This document shows positions 1 through 9,435 of a stretch of DNA of 64,000 nt, one piece after another. Numbering within the stretch: position 1 is the first letter of the stretch; the number at the start of each line of letters is the position of its first letter. The notes under the pieces were generated by a model. The model was not told where the DNA came from. It was given only the letters and a program-made list of their open reading frames with translations, and did not search any database. The stretch lies in contig JAZNSS010000029.1 in the NCBI GenBank assembly GCA_045591355.1, forward strand, positions 51,739 to 115,738, given 5' to 3'. The stretch is from Christensenellaceae bacterium. Lineage in GTDB: Bacteria; Bacillota; Clostridia; Christensenellales; Borkfalkiaceae. Position numbers and translations under genes: made by a program.

Positions 1-838
1 TAGCAAAAATAAAAAGACCAATGTTTTTAAAGATAAGTGGTAATTCTGAACCGTAGATAATGAACTGTTCTTTTAAGAAAGAAATATTTGTTAAAACGAA
101 AGCAACAAATAAAATCTCGGTCAAAGATAACAAAGTGCTTAAAGTTAAAGATAATATAGAGTTAATTAATTTAACTGAACTATTTGTTTTATAAAGTTGA
201 GAATCTATAAGACGATTTAAATTTACTTTTAAGCGACGTTTCTCTTTGTTATTTAATTGCAAAAATCCCGAAGAAAGTTCTTTTTCAATGATTGATATCC
301 CACTTATTGAATTATCGCTAAGATATTTATTAAACATTTTGTAATAACCTAAATTCCAAAGTGCTTCAAAATAGTTGGTCGAAATGCTTATTAAACCTGA
401 AACAACCGCCAAAACCCCGATTATATTTAAGTTAATATTAAAATTATTGGGATTAGTAATAGCAAAAACTACTATTAAAAGAAAAATTAAGACCCCGGAT
501 ATGCAAGTCATTACGTTTAAGACTTTTTTTTGCATAAGCTTCCCCAAAGGATAAACTGCTTTACAAGAAGAAAACGCACTTTCATATGAAGGTGTGTTTT
601 CATCAAATGAATCTCTTGTTTGAGTATCTAATTTTTGATTATCTTCAACACTTTTATCTTGATTAAAAGCATCTATCTTTTCACTTGTTTTGAAACCACA
701 AATAGGGCAAATACTTTGATTGAGACCTATAACGCTTTTACAATCGCTACAAATTTTGAATTCATAACCGCAATGAATACATTGTGAAAGTGTGTCGGAT
801 ATACTTTTGTTACATTCGGGACATTGAATAATAGCCAT
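1..838 (-). CDS. zinc-ribbon membrane protein (partial; C-terminus runs off the window start)
   Basis: Minus-strand ATG at 838..836 reads MAIIQCPECNKSISDTLSQCIHCGYEFKICSDCKSVIGLNQSICPICGF, i.e. four CxxC pairs (two zinc ribbons), then a low-complexity acidic linker and several hydrophobic TM stretches. Absent from the ORF track only because no stop falls inside the window. Divergent from the XRE gene at 1075. Confidence 0.5.
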   Translation of the reverse strand, partial: MAIIQCPECNKSISDTLSQCIHCGYEFKICSDCKSVIGLNQSICPICGFKTSEKIDAFNQDKSVEDNQKLDTQTRDSFDENTPSYESAFSSCKAVYPLGKLMQKKVLNVMTCISGVLIFLLIVVFAITNPNNFNINLNIIGVLAVVSGLISISTNYFEALWNLGYYKMFNKYLSDNSISGISIIEKELSSGFLQLNNKEKRRLKVNLNRLIDSQLYKTNSSVKLINSILSLTLSTLLSLTEILFVAFVLTNISFLKEQFIIYGSELPLIFKNIGLFIFA

Positions 839-1019
839 TTGATTTTTCCTTTTTGTTTTTCTATCTTTATTAAACACTATAAATAATTAATATTTGAATT
901 AATGATTACAACACCTAATGATTTTAAAATAATCTCTATCCTGTTTCAGATTCTTATACATTTTATGTTTTTCTAGAGCCTTATATCTAATGTATACATT
1001 ATATAACTCGCAGGTCTAT

Positions 1020-1046
1020 TTGTCAAGTATTTATATGATATATAAT
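1020..1046 (+). promoter_or_regulatory. putative sigma-A promoter for the XRE gene (TTGTCA -35, TATAAT -10) in an AT-rich divergent region with short palindromes (TGTATACA, TATATGATATATA)
   Basis: TTGTCA at 1020-1025 and TATAAT at 1041-1046; AGGGG RBS at 1064-1068 before the ATG at 1075. Confidence 0.4.
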
Positions 1047-1074
1047 GTGAACAATATATAATGCAGGGGTTATT

Positions 1075-1278
1075 ATGAAATTAAGAATTAAAGAAATTTT
1101 AGAGCAAAAGGGAAAAACAAAATATTGGCTTTATATTCAATTAGGGTTGAGTTACCAAAATTTTAATAGAATAGTAAACAATCAAACATCAAGTATTAAG
1201 TTTGAAAATTTGAAAGCAATTTGTGACATTTTAGAGTGCACGCCAAATGATTTATTTGAAGAATTTTATCAAAAGTAA
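1075..1278 (+). CDS. XRE-family (Cro/CI-type) HTH transcriptional regulator, 67 aa
   Basis: Typical HTH_XRE sequence (KYWLYIQLGLSYQNFNRIVNN) with the C-terminal TPNDLFEEF motif characteristic of small XRE regulators. Confidence 0.8.
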   Translation: MKLRIKEILEQKGKTKYWLYIQLGLSYQNFNRIVNNQTSSIKFENLKAICDILECTPNDLFEEFYQK

Positions 1279-1284
1279 ACAAAA

Positions 1285-1328
1285 CTAGCACGTTTAATCG
1301 TTCTGATTAAACGTGCTAGTTCTTTTTC
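1285..1328 (+). terminator. rho-independent terminator after the XRE gene
   Basis: 15-bp stem CTAGCACGTTTAATC / GATTAAACGTGCTAG with loop TTCT, followed by TTCTTTTTC. Confidence 0.7.
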
Positions 1329-1395
1329 TAATTTAAATCCATTAAAGTAAAACGATGTGCTTCGCTTTTAATTTTATAGATTTGCATTTAGAATA

Positions 1396-1430
1396 ACAAA
1401 AGAGTTCGACAATATGCCGAACTCTTTTAG
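1396..1430 (-). terminator. terminator downstream of the malic enzyme gene (minus strand)
   Basis: Hairpin AAAGAGTTCG...CGAACTCTTT followed by a U-run on the minus strand immediately after the stop at 1442. Confidence 0.5.
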
Positions 1431-1441
1431 TTTGTTTATGA

Positions 1442-2623
1442 TTAAATTCTGTTTACGCCCGTTTTAATTGCTGCTTGTTTAACTGCTTCAGCAACGGTAG
1501 GAGCCACTCTCTTATCGAATGGAGCAGGGATTACGTAATCTGCTTTTAGTTCTTCGTCAGAAACAAGGCTTGCGATTGCTTTTGCAGCGGCAATCTTCAT
1601 TTCTTCGTTAATATCGGTTGCTCTGCAATCTAATGCGCCACGGAAAATTCCTGGGAATGCAAGAACGTTGTTGATTTGGTTAGGGAAGTCACTTCTGCCC
1701 GTTCCAACTACTGCTGCGCCTGCCTTAATTGCAAGGTCTGGCATAATTTCTGGAGTTGGGTTAGCCATAGGCATTACGATAGCGCCCTTTGCCATAGATG
1801 CAACCATTTCTTCGGTTAAAAGTCCTGGAGAAGAAACACCAACGAACATATCTGCGCCCTTTAATGCTTCTGCAAGGCTTCCCTTCTTGCCTAGTTTGTT
1901 AGAAAATTCTGCAATTTCTTCTTTAGAAGCGTTCATACCTTCGGTTCTACCCTTGTAGATAATGCCGTTTCTATCGCACATAACAACATCTTTAGCGCCC
2001 ATAGAAATCATAAGTTTTGCAATAGCAACACCTGCTGCGCCTGCGCCACTAAATACAATGCTTATATCTTCCCATTTTTTACCAACGAATTTTAATGCGT
2101 TGATACAAGCGGCAACACATACTACTGCAGTTCCGTGTTGGTCGTCGTGGAAAATAGGAATATCTACTTCTGGGTCTTCTTTTAATCTCTTTTCGATTTC
2201 AAAGCATCTAGGAGCAGAAATGTCTTCTAGGTTAACGCCACCAAAACTACCTGCTAAAAGTTTAACGGTATTAACGATGTCGTCAACACTTTTACTTCTA
2301 ACGCATAGTGGAACTGCGTCAACGTTACCGAAAGCCTTGAATAGAACGGCTTTACCTTCCATAACGGGCATACCTGCTTCAGGTCCGATATCGCCAAGAC
2401 CTAAAACGGCTGTTCCGTCGGTAACAACGGCAACCATATTGCCCCTTCCTGTCAATTCAAAAGATTTGTTGTAGTCTTTTTGAATTTCCAAACAAGGTTG
2501 CGCAACACCAGGGGTATATGCTAAAGATAAATCTTCCTTGTTAGCAACGGGAACTTTTGAAACGATGCCAATTTTCCCTTTCCATTCTGCGTGTTTTTTG
2601 AGTGATTCTTTTGCGTAATCCAT
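1442..2623 (-). CDS. NAD(P)-dependent malic enzyme (short form, 393 aa)
   Basis: Strong family signature in the translation: LSLAYTPGVAQPC, VAVVTDGTAVLGLGDIGPEAGMPVMEGKAVLFKAFG, and the Rossmann motif FSGAGAAGVA. Confidence 0.85.
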   Translation of the reverse strand: MDYAKESLKKHAEWKGKIGIVSKVPVANKEDLSLAYTPGVAQPCLEIQKDYNKSFELTGRGNMVAVVTDGTAVLGLGDIGPEAGMPVMEGKAVLFKAFGNVDAVPLCVRSKSVDDIVNTVKLLAGSFGGVNLEDISAPRCFEIEKRLKEDPEVDIPIFHDDQHGTAVVCVAACINALKFVGKKWEDISIVFSGAGAAGVAIAKLMISMGAKDVVMCDRNGIIYKGRTEGMNASKEEIAEFSNKLGKKGSLAEALKGADMFVGVSSPGLLTEEMVASMAKGAIVMPMANPTPEIMPDLAIKAGAAVVGTGRSDFPNQINNVLAFPGIFRGALDCRATDINEEMKIAAAKAIASLVSDEELKADYVIPAPFDKRVAPTVAEAVKQAAIKTGVNRI

Positions 2624-2678
2624 AATAATGCCTCCACAATATTAATGTTTAATAATATTTTTATTAATAACTGATAAA

Positions 2679-3998
2679 TCAGTTAAATGCCTTGTATATA
2701 GTGCTAATACACTTTTCGTAATCGGAATTTTCTACACCGATTATAATGTTAAGTTCGCTAGAGCCTTGGTCAATCATTCTAAGGTTGATATTTGCTTGCG
2801 CAAGCGCGTTAAACAACTTTGCAGCCGTTCCTACCCTTCTATTCATACCGTGACCAACGGTTGCTATAAGCGAAATGTTTTCAATAACGTGAACGTAGTC
2901 TGGGCTAACGTTTTCTCTTATTTCGTTAACCACGTCACTCAACACGCCGTCTTTTAATTGGTCAGATGCAACTACGACTGAAAGGGTATCTACGCCTGAT
3001 GGCAAGTGTTCAACACACAAGCCGTAATGTTCAACGACTGACAATACCTTACGGATAAAACCAACTTCTGCGTTCATCATAGACTTTTCAATAAAGATAA
3101 CGGTAAAGTCCTTTTTACCAGCAATACCCGTAACGACGCTTTCACCACAAAGAAGTTCGTATTTTTCGTTTGGAACAATCATCGTGCCAGGGTCTTCCGG
3201 CTTAAAGGTGTTCTTTATATTTATCATTATTTTGCCTTTCATTACTGGGAAGATTGCTTCTGGGTGAAGAACGCTTGCGCCCATGTAAGAAAGTTCTCTT
3301 AATTCTTTATATGTTATTTGCTTAATAGCCTTTGCTTCTGGAACGATTCTTGGGTCGCAAACTAAAAAGCCACTAACGTCCGTCCAGTTTTCGTAAAGGT
3401 CTGCCTTTACGCCACGTGCTATAATTGAGCCCGTAATATCGCTTCCACCACGGCTAAAGGTTTTAATCTTTCCTTCGTAATCTTTGCCGTAAAAACCAGG
3501 TATTACTGCCTTATCAACGTTTTCTAACCTATTTCTAACCTTATCGTCGGTATAGTCTTGGTTAAGGTTGCCACGGCTATCAAACCTAATCATTTCGGAA
3601 GCGTCTATAAACTCTATGCCCAAATATTCAGACATAACCCTTGCGCTTAAGTATTCTCCCCTAGACGCAGTAAAGTCAGGGCTATTGTTTTCTATTATTT
3701 CCCTTTCCGTTTTGTCTAGTAAACTTTGAATATCTAAACCAAGCCCTAAATCTTTTACAAGTTCAGTAAATCTATCTCTTATAAGGGAAAACTTATTAGC
3801 GATAGCGCCCGTTTCTTGTAATTCTTTGTAACAAGCGTAAAGGGTGTCGGTTATTTTTATATCTTGTTTATTTCTTTTTCCTGGCGCAGAAACTACTATA
3901 AATCTTCTGCTTTCATCAGCGTTTATAATGCTTTTTACTTGCGCAAACGCTTTAGCGTCTGCCATTGAAGTTCCACCAAATTTACAAACCTTAATCAT
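2679..3998 (-). CDS. aspartate kinase
   Basis: MIKVCKFGGTSMADAKAF N-terminus and FIVVSAPGK motif; amino-acid kinase fold followed by ACT-like C-terminal domains; 439 aa. Confidence 0.85.
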   Translation of the reverse strand: MIKVCKFGGTSMADAKAFAQVKSIINADESRRFIVVSAPGKRNKQDIKITDTLYACYKELQETGAIANKFSLIRDRFTELVKDLGLGLDIQSLLDKTEREIIENNSPDFTASRGEYLSARVMSEYLGIEFIDASEMIRFDSRGNLNQDYTDDKVRNRLENVDKAVIPGFYGKDYEGKIKTFSRGGSDITGSIIARGVKADLYENWTDVSGFLVCDPRIVPEAKAIKQITYKELRELSYMGASVLHPEAIFPVMKGKIMINIKNTFKPEDPGTMIVPNEKYELLCGESVVTGIAGKKDFTVIFIEKSMMNAEVGFIRKVLSVVEHYGLCVEHLPSGVDTLSVVVASDQLKDGVLSDVVNEIRENVSPDYVHVIENISLIATVGHGMNRRVGTAAKLFNALAQANINLRMIDQGSSELNIIIGVENSDYEKCISTIYKAFN

Positions 3999-4015
3999 TT
4001 TATCGTCCTTTTATG

Positions 4016-5242
4016 TTATCTAATCTTTCTGCCTTCTAAATAGTAACGTTTTTCAATGCCTTCGCCCATAGAAAAGGTTTTTCTTGGGAAAGCGCCCTTG
4101 CTAGAAACGTATCTAAAGAGTTCGGATTTATCTAGTTTTTCAAAATAAATACCTACGCTGTTAGAGTTGGCTTTTACAAGTTTTTCTAAATTGCTTTCGC
4201 CGTGGATATAGTCTACTTCGCCACCGTTTTGTTCGATATACTCCTTAATGAATTCGTCGGTAGCCTTAATGCCTTCTGGCAAAGAGTTTTGACCGTCTTG
4301 ACTAGTAAACGCATTACCGTCAAAAACCCTTATCTTGCCACAGTCAACGCAAGATAAACCACTTAAGAATTTTTGTTTATCCACACCCGTAACGTAACGG
4401 AAGATAGGCTCAAAATAAATACCTTCGTCGTAAATATTAACGAATTCTACCAAAGCAAATCTTGCTGGGTGATTTTGCTTTTCAGGGTCGGTAAGGTCTT
4501 TTTTAACGTTGTTCCAATGCGCTTTTGCAGTTGCTAAAGAGTGGTTACCGTCGCCAACGGCAAATGCGAAATTATCTTCCGTGCCGTATTTTTTAACAAG
4601 CCTTTCGCCATCTAAAAGTTTTGCAAACTTTTCCTTTATACCATCAGCGTCGCTTATATAATAACCTTCAACGTGTCCACCGTTCATATTAAGGTCAAAG
4701 TCGTAAACCTTTTTATAGTTTTGCCTATTTTGATATAGTGGCTCGGTTATTTCACGATTTTCGTCGTCAAAAAGCACCATTACGTGTGGAAATTCCACTT
4801 GCGCGTCTTTACGGATTTTTAGACGTGGTGGAATACGTTCTTCCACCGTGCCTTCAGTCGAACGAATTAGCGCAGAACTTTTTTTAGAATATTCGTATTC
4901 TTCTAGGTCAATAGCGCCTATAAGCCCTATTCTTCTTTCAACGAAAGGGGTAGAACGAATGGTTAAAATAAAACCTTCTTCTAGTTCTTCAAAAACACCC
5001 TTGTCAATATAACTAGCAATGTTTTGATTTATGACCGTAATTCTTTGGTCGGGGTTATCGTTTAGATAAACTTCAGGTAAAACCAAGTCTAAAGTAGTAG
5101 GCTTGCCTTTAACCGTGTTTGCTAGTTCTTGCCAATATTCCGGCTCGCCCGTAAATTGGTCGCAAGCAACTACTGCCCAAGAAGTCATATCCACGTTTTT
5201 TGGTAATAATATTTTAGCGCTGTTAAGTCCCGTCTTTTTCAT
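4016..5242 (-). CDS. hypothetical cytoplasmic protein, possibly DUF1015 family
   Basis: 408 aa with no TM segment. Loose resemblance to DUF1015 (COG4198) in length and N-terminal pattern. The family assignment is weak. Confidence 0.35.
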   Translation of the reverse strand: MKKTGLNSAKILLPKNVDMTSWAVVACDQFTGEPEYWQELANTVKGKPTTLDLVLPEVYLNDNPDQRITVINQNIASYIDKGVFEELEEGFILTIRSTPFVERRIGLIGAIDLEEYEYSKKSSALIRSTEGTVEERIPPRLKIRKDAQVEFPHVMVLFDDENREITEPLYQNRQNYKKVYDFDLNMNGGHVEGYYISDADGIKEKFAKLLDGERLVKKYGTEDNFAFAVGDGNHSLATAKAHWNNVKKDLTDPEKQNHPARFALVEFVNIYDEGIYFEPIFRYVTGVDKQKFLSGLSCVDCGKIRVFDGNAFTSQDGQNSLPEGIKATDEFIKEYIEQNGGEVDYIHGESNLEKLVKANSNSVGIYFEKLDKSELFRYVSSKGAFPRKTFSMGEGIEKRYYLEGRKIR

Positions 5243-5260
5243 CTTTAGTAATTCAGTTCC

Positions 5261-5389
5261 TTATAGATTAATAACAACTACCGTAAGCGTAGCCAAAAGC
5301 AAAGAAAGTAGGAATACGCCTAGGCCTTTCAAAAACCCGTGCGAAGATTTTTCTTGATTTTCTGGTTTGTTGGAAAAATCGTTATTCAT
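5261..5389 (-). CDS. unannotated 42-aa tail-anchored small membrane protein, translationally coupled to cdaA
   Basis: Minus-strand ATG at 5389 reads MNNDFSNKPENQEKSSHGFLKGLGVFLLSLLLATLTVVVINL, stop at 5261. A GGAG RBS 8 nt upstream overlaps the cdaA stop codon. Below the size cut-off of the ORF track. Confidence 0.3.
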   Translation of the reverse strand: MNNDFSNKPENQEKSSHGFLKGLGVFLLSLLLATLTVVVINL

Positions 5390-5393
5390 AAAA

Positions 5394-6236
5394 CTATCTC
5401 CTTGCGCTTTCTAATTCTTGCCAATAATACTTGCCAAGAACGTTCTTCAAAATTTCCGTATCGGCGTATCTTGTAATCTTACCTGCCCTTGCAACGGAAA
5501 TAATACCTGTTTCTTCGGAAACGATAAGGGATATAACGTCAATCGTTTCGGTAACGCCTATACCTGCTCTATGTCTAGTTCCAAGGTCCTTAGGAATACT
5601 GTCTGCATTTTGCGACAATGGAAGAAAGCAACCTGCTGCAACTATCTTTGTGCCGTTAACAATCATTGCTCCGTCGTGAAGGGGTGTTTTTGGAAAGAAC
5701 ACGCTTTCTATTAGTTGGCTTGATATATCGCTTTCTAGTTTAACGCCACTATCTATAATTTGAGAAGGAATGTTGCCCGTTGATAAAACTATGATTGCGC
5801 CAACGTCGTTTTTAGCCATGTTTTGTAAGGCTTTAATAATTTCGCTAATGCAAAACTGTGTCTTTTCAATATCAACACGAATGCCTTCGTTCTTTTTTGC
5901 GTCGAAAAGTTTACCGTTCTTTTTCGCCCATACCAAGCGCTTAACTTCAACAGAGTAAACGCAAAGTATTATCATAATGCAAATTGCAGGGATAATTAAA
6001 TAAATTTCCGTTGCGATAATACCTACTGCGTCAAGAAGGGCTATAACTGCTGCCGATAAAATCATTACTACAACGAATATGGAAACAACGTCTTTAGCGC
6101 CTTGATTTAGCAAAAATTTGATAACGAAAAAATATAAAATGGTAAAACATACCACTGCAACGCTAATTGCAATAATCATGTTAACGTCGCTAGTCAGTTT
6201 TGCCCACAAATTAACTATTTTGTCAACTATATTCAT
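5394..6236 (-). CDS. cdaA: diadenylate cyclase CdaA (c-di-AMP synthase, membrane-anchored)
   Basis: N-terminal TM helices plus a DisA_N (DAC) domain with the DGA and RHRAG motifs (LHDGAMIV, GTRHRAGIG). Preferred start is MNIVDK at 6236, which has a GGGGGAG RBS; the upstream ATG at 6281 would overlap holA. Confidence 0.9.
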   Translation of the reverse strand: MNIVDKIVNLWAKLTSDVNMIIAISVAVVCFTILYFFVIKFLLNQGAKDVVSIFVVVMILSAAVIALLDAVGIIATEIYLIIPAICIMIILCVYSVEVKRLVWAKKNGKLFDAKKNEGIRVDIEKTQFCISEIIKALQNMAKNDVGAIIVLSTGNIPSQIIDSGVKLESDISSQLIESVFFPKTPLHDGAMIVNGTKIVAAGCFLPLSQNADSIPKDLGTRHRAGIGVTETIDVISLIVSEETGIISVARAGKITRYADTEILKNVLGKYYWQELESARR

Positions 6237-6247
6237 TTTTACTCCCC

Positions 6248-7240
6248 CTAGGCAGTTATAATAGTGAAAATATTGTGCCAAATTCTATCGTCGGCATCCA
6301 CTACGCCACTCTTTATCAAATAATCGGTATCGGATAATATATCCACGGCGTTTTTTATCGACTTTTTCTTAAACGCCCCTGCCTGCGCTTTTAATTTCTT
6401 AATAACGAACTTCTCCACGCCCAACCATTTGCAAAGTTCTTCGTCAGACTTGTTACTGATTGCTACGTGCAAAAGTCTTCTAAAATAACTGTATAACGCA
6501 ACCAAAATTCTTTGCATGGTTTCGCCTTTGCCTAGCATATCGTTTACCACTTGCATAGCAAGGTCAAACCTTTTTGCGCCGATATAGTCGGTCATTTTGA
6601 AAATCTTTATCTCAGTATCTTTAACGACCATATCGTCTACGTCTTGCATAGTAATTACCTTTCTATCGAAAGCGTAGGCGATAAGTTTTTCCGTTTCATT
6701 CTCCACCCTAGTCATATCGTTAAGGCAGTATTCGGAAAGGTTTTTTGCCGTTTCAAGTTCAATGGCAACGCCTTGCTGGGCGCATTTACCTTTAACGTAT
6801 CTTGCAATTATGCTAGAGCCTTGCTTTACGCATTCCACCAAGGTAACGTTATCAAGTTTTTTCAAAACGTCGCAACTTTTTTGGTTGACTATAACTAAAA
6901 TACTATTATCGATAGGATTGGAAAAATATTCCTTAATCCCTTTAGGAATTGAGTTTTGTTTTGGATAGTATTCCCTAATAACCGTCATTCGCCATTCGCT
7001 CATAAAAGGAAAAGCCGAAAGAGAAGAAAGTAAATCGTTTTCACTAACTTCACCGTTAAAGACGGCGTAATTAAGGTTAGGTTCTTGAACGAACTTGTTT
7101 TTTAACAAGGCAAGCCCACGTTCTCTAAAAAACGCGTCTTCCCCTTCGAATAAATATATGGGAAATTGCTTTCCGTTATCTAACTCGTTTTTAAAATCCG
7201 TATAATTCAAACCCAAACTTCCTCTTATACATTTTAGCAC
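6248..7240 (-). CDS. holA: DNA polymerase III delta subunit
   Basis: PIYLFEGEDAFF N-terminus typical of HolA; conserved position immediately downstream of comEC as in Bacillus. Confidence 0.75.
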   Translation of the reverse strand: MLKCIRGSLGLNYTDFKNELDNGKQFPIYLFEGEDAFFRERGLALLKNKFVQEPNLNYAVFNGEVSENDLLSSLSAFPFMSEWRMTVIREYYPKQNSIPKGIKEYFSNPIDNSILVIVNQKSCDVLKKLDNVTLVECVKQGSSIIARYVKGKCAQQGVAIELETAKNLSEYCLNDMTRVENETEKLIAYAFDRKVITMQDVDDMVVKDTEIKIFKMTDYIGAKRFDLAMQVVNDMLGKGETMQRILVALYSYFRRLLHVAISNKSDEELCKWLGVEKFVIKKLKAQAGAFKKKSIKNAVDILSDTDYLIKSGVVDADDRIWHNIFTIITA

Positions 7241-7284
7241 CTTTTAGGTCATTTTGCAACAATAAAATTTACTATTTTTAATTT

Positions 7285-9435
7285 TTAATTAAAGTTTAAA
7301 ATATAGTTTCCGTTTGTTTCGGCATTGTCGAAAGGTAAAATGCCCTTATAGGAAAGTTTAATTTTAGAATTTGTCATAGCAAAAATTCTTTCCACGTAGT
7401 CGCTTGCAACAACCATATCGTAATTTCCACCCAAGTTCTCAAGGTTAACCTTATTTCCCATAGAAGAAAACGTAATGAGCCTTTTTTGAAGGGCGACACA
7501 TTCCACGGCGTAACCGTTAAACCTAAACTCACACTTAAAGTTTTTAATAGGCAATCTTTCACCGTCTTGAAAATTAACCATTGGGATATTTCCAAAGGAC
7601 TTTATTATTGCGTTTTCTTCATCGGCACGTTCTTCCCCGTAATAATAAATAGCCCTAACGTCAAAACAAACGTTTAATTTAGTGTAAAGATTTTGTAGGT
7701 TAACCCTTTCCACGCTATTTGCAACTATAAGTTTATCAATTCTCTCTATTCCGTAACCGTTCTTTATCCTTATTAGACGCGTTAAACTAGAATAATTGTT
7801 TGCGTCGTTTACTATAAGAACGTTTTCGTCGTCTATGCAAATTAGCGTTGCGCATAAATTATTGCTTCCTATCACAAAGGCTTTGTCTTGATTATTTCTA
7901 TACCCCGTTAAGAAAATACACCCACATATAAAACACACGCCGAGCGAGCCTGCGATTATATATCTAGTAAGGCGTTTAACGTTGAAAAAACCACTACAAA
8001 AAACCAATGCAAGATAGTATGCTATGGCAAAAAAACCGACGGCAATTCCACCCACCATAAAAATCGAATAGTCAAAACAGTTTATAAACCAAATGATTGC
8101 CGTATAAACGTAGTTAAATAAAAATAACGTTACGTTTGAAATAGAGAAAATTCCACCTAGAATAGTTAACAAAAAGGTAAGCACGTAAATAACGCCAACA
8201 AGTGGAATAAATGCAACGTTAAACATTACTGCAACTAGAGAAACTTCGCCAAAAGAAATAAGGCTTATGGGAATACTAACTAGTTGGGCAGAAATCACCA
8301 CGGCTAGACTTGAAGCCACTTTATTAGGTAAAAACCTTAACAACTTTTTAATAGGTCTTGATAATAAAATTATACCTAGCACCACGACGAAAGAAAGTTG
8401 AAAGCCGACGCAAAATAATTCGATTGGAGATATTAGCAAAACGATTATACAAGCAATAAAAAGAGAAGAAACGCCGTCGTATTTAAGCCACAGATTAAAA
8501 CATAAAAGCGCAACTGCGCACATTATTGTCGCCCTTATCGAAGACGAAGAAAACCCACATACCCCAGAGTAGAAAATCAAGACTGCAGTAATTAAGACTA
8601 AACTTATCCATTTGTTAAGTTTAGTCTTTTTACAAATAAATGTTAAAACGGTTGATAAAAAACCGATATGCAAGCCTGACACGGCAAAAATATGAGCGAT
8701 GCCGGCTTGTCTAAAACCCGTTATAACGTCATCTTGCATAAATTGGTCGTTGCCCGTTAAAAGAGCGTATGCCACGGAAAATTCCTTTTCGTTAAGCCCT
8801 GACTTTAGAGAGTTTTTAATAAAAAGGTTTACCCTTTGGAATATGTTTGGGCTGTTGCCTATAACCTGTATTTGGCTACCGTCTACGAACGCCGTATATT
8901 TAACATTACTGCTTATATCGTATATTGCAAGCCTATTTTCATAAACTAGTGGTTTATCACGAAGTAAAGCGTTAAAACTTACAACGTTTCCGATTTCAAA
9001 ATCGTCTAAACTGCTAGCGTTTACGTAAACGCCAACTTTGTGTTTTACCCTTTTATTGCTAGCGTCTTTAAGTTTTATATTCCCTACGACTATATAAATG
9101 CCAGAATTACTTTCTGCAACCGAATCTACCCTACCTTCGACAAGATAATATTGGTTGTTTAGACTTGCATTATCAAAGGAATTTATTTGTGTATAAGTTA
9201 AAAGAGAACTAAGGGCGAAAAACACCACGAAAATAATTATAAAACAAATGCTTTTGACAATGGAACGATTCTTAAAACTAAACAAAAAATAAAAAGCCGT
9301 TAAAATTAGGCATACAGAACCACAAACAATCGTTAGCGCTCTATTTTGAATGGCAAACGAATATGCAAAGATTATTCCACTAATCACCGAAAGGGCGATA
9401 AAAAGTGGAAGCCTAAAATTAACCAACTTTTTCAT
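7285..9435 (-). CDS. comEC: ComEC/Rec2 DNA-internalization competence protein
   Basis: Polytopic membrane protein with the competence-domain signature GFRQAGIAHIFAVSGLHIGF. The C-terminal ~230 aa occupy the position of the metallo-beta-lactamase domain but show no HxHxDH motif. Confidence 0.85.
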   Translation of the reverse strand: MKKLVNFRLPLFIALSVISGIIFAYSFAIQNRALTIVCGSVCLILTAFYFLFSFKNRSIVKSICFIIIFVVFFALSSLLTYTQINSFDNASLNNQYYLVEGRVDSVAESNSGIYIVVGNIKLKDASNKRVKHKVGVYVNASSLDDFEIGNVVSFNALLRDKPLVYENRLAIYDISSNVKYTAFVDGSQIQVIGNSPNIFQRVNLFIKNSLKSGLNEKEFSVAYALLTGNDQFMQDDVITGFRQAGIAHIFAVSGLHIGFLSTVLTFICKKTKLNKWISLVLITAVLIFYSGVCGFSSSSIRATIMCAVALLCFNLWLKYDGVSSLFIACIIVLLISPIELFCVGFQLSFVVVLGIILLSRPIKKLLRFLPNKVASSLAVVISAQLVSIPISLISFGEVSLVAVMFNVAFIPLVGVIYVLTFLLTILGGIFSISNVTLFLFNYVYTAIIWFINCFDYSIFMVGGIAVGFFAIAYYLALVFCSGFFNVKRLTRYIIAGSLGVCFICGCIFLTGYRNNQDKAFVIGSNNLCATLICIDDENVLIVNDANNYSSLTRLIRIKNGYGIERIDKLIVANSVERVNLQNLYTKLNVCFDVRAIYYYGEERADEENAIIKSFGNIPMVNFQDGERLPIKNFKCEFRFNGYAVECVALQKRLITFSSMGNKVNLENLGGNYDMVVASDYVERIFAMTNSKIKLSYKGILPFDNAETNGNYILNFN

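Noticed and set aside
1668-2474. Plus-strand ORFs (96 and 170 aa) inside the malic enzyme gene.
   Set aside because: They lie antisense to a strongly conserved enzyme gene, have low-complexity Ala/Pro/Ser-rich translations, and lack an RBS. They are most likely spurious.
3999-4015. Lysine (L-box) riboswitch upstream of aspartate kinase.
   Set aside because: Only 17 bp separate aspartate kinase from the upstream gene, leaving no room for a riboswitch. The gene is evidently co-transcribed.
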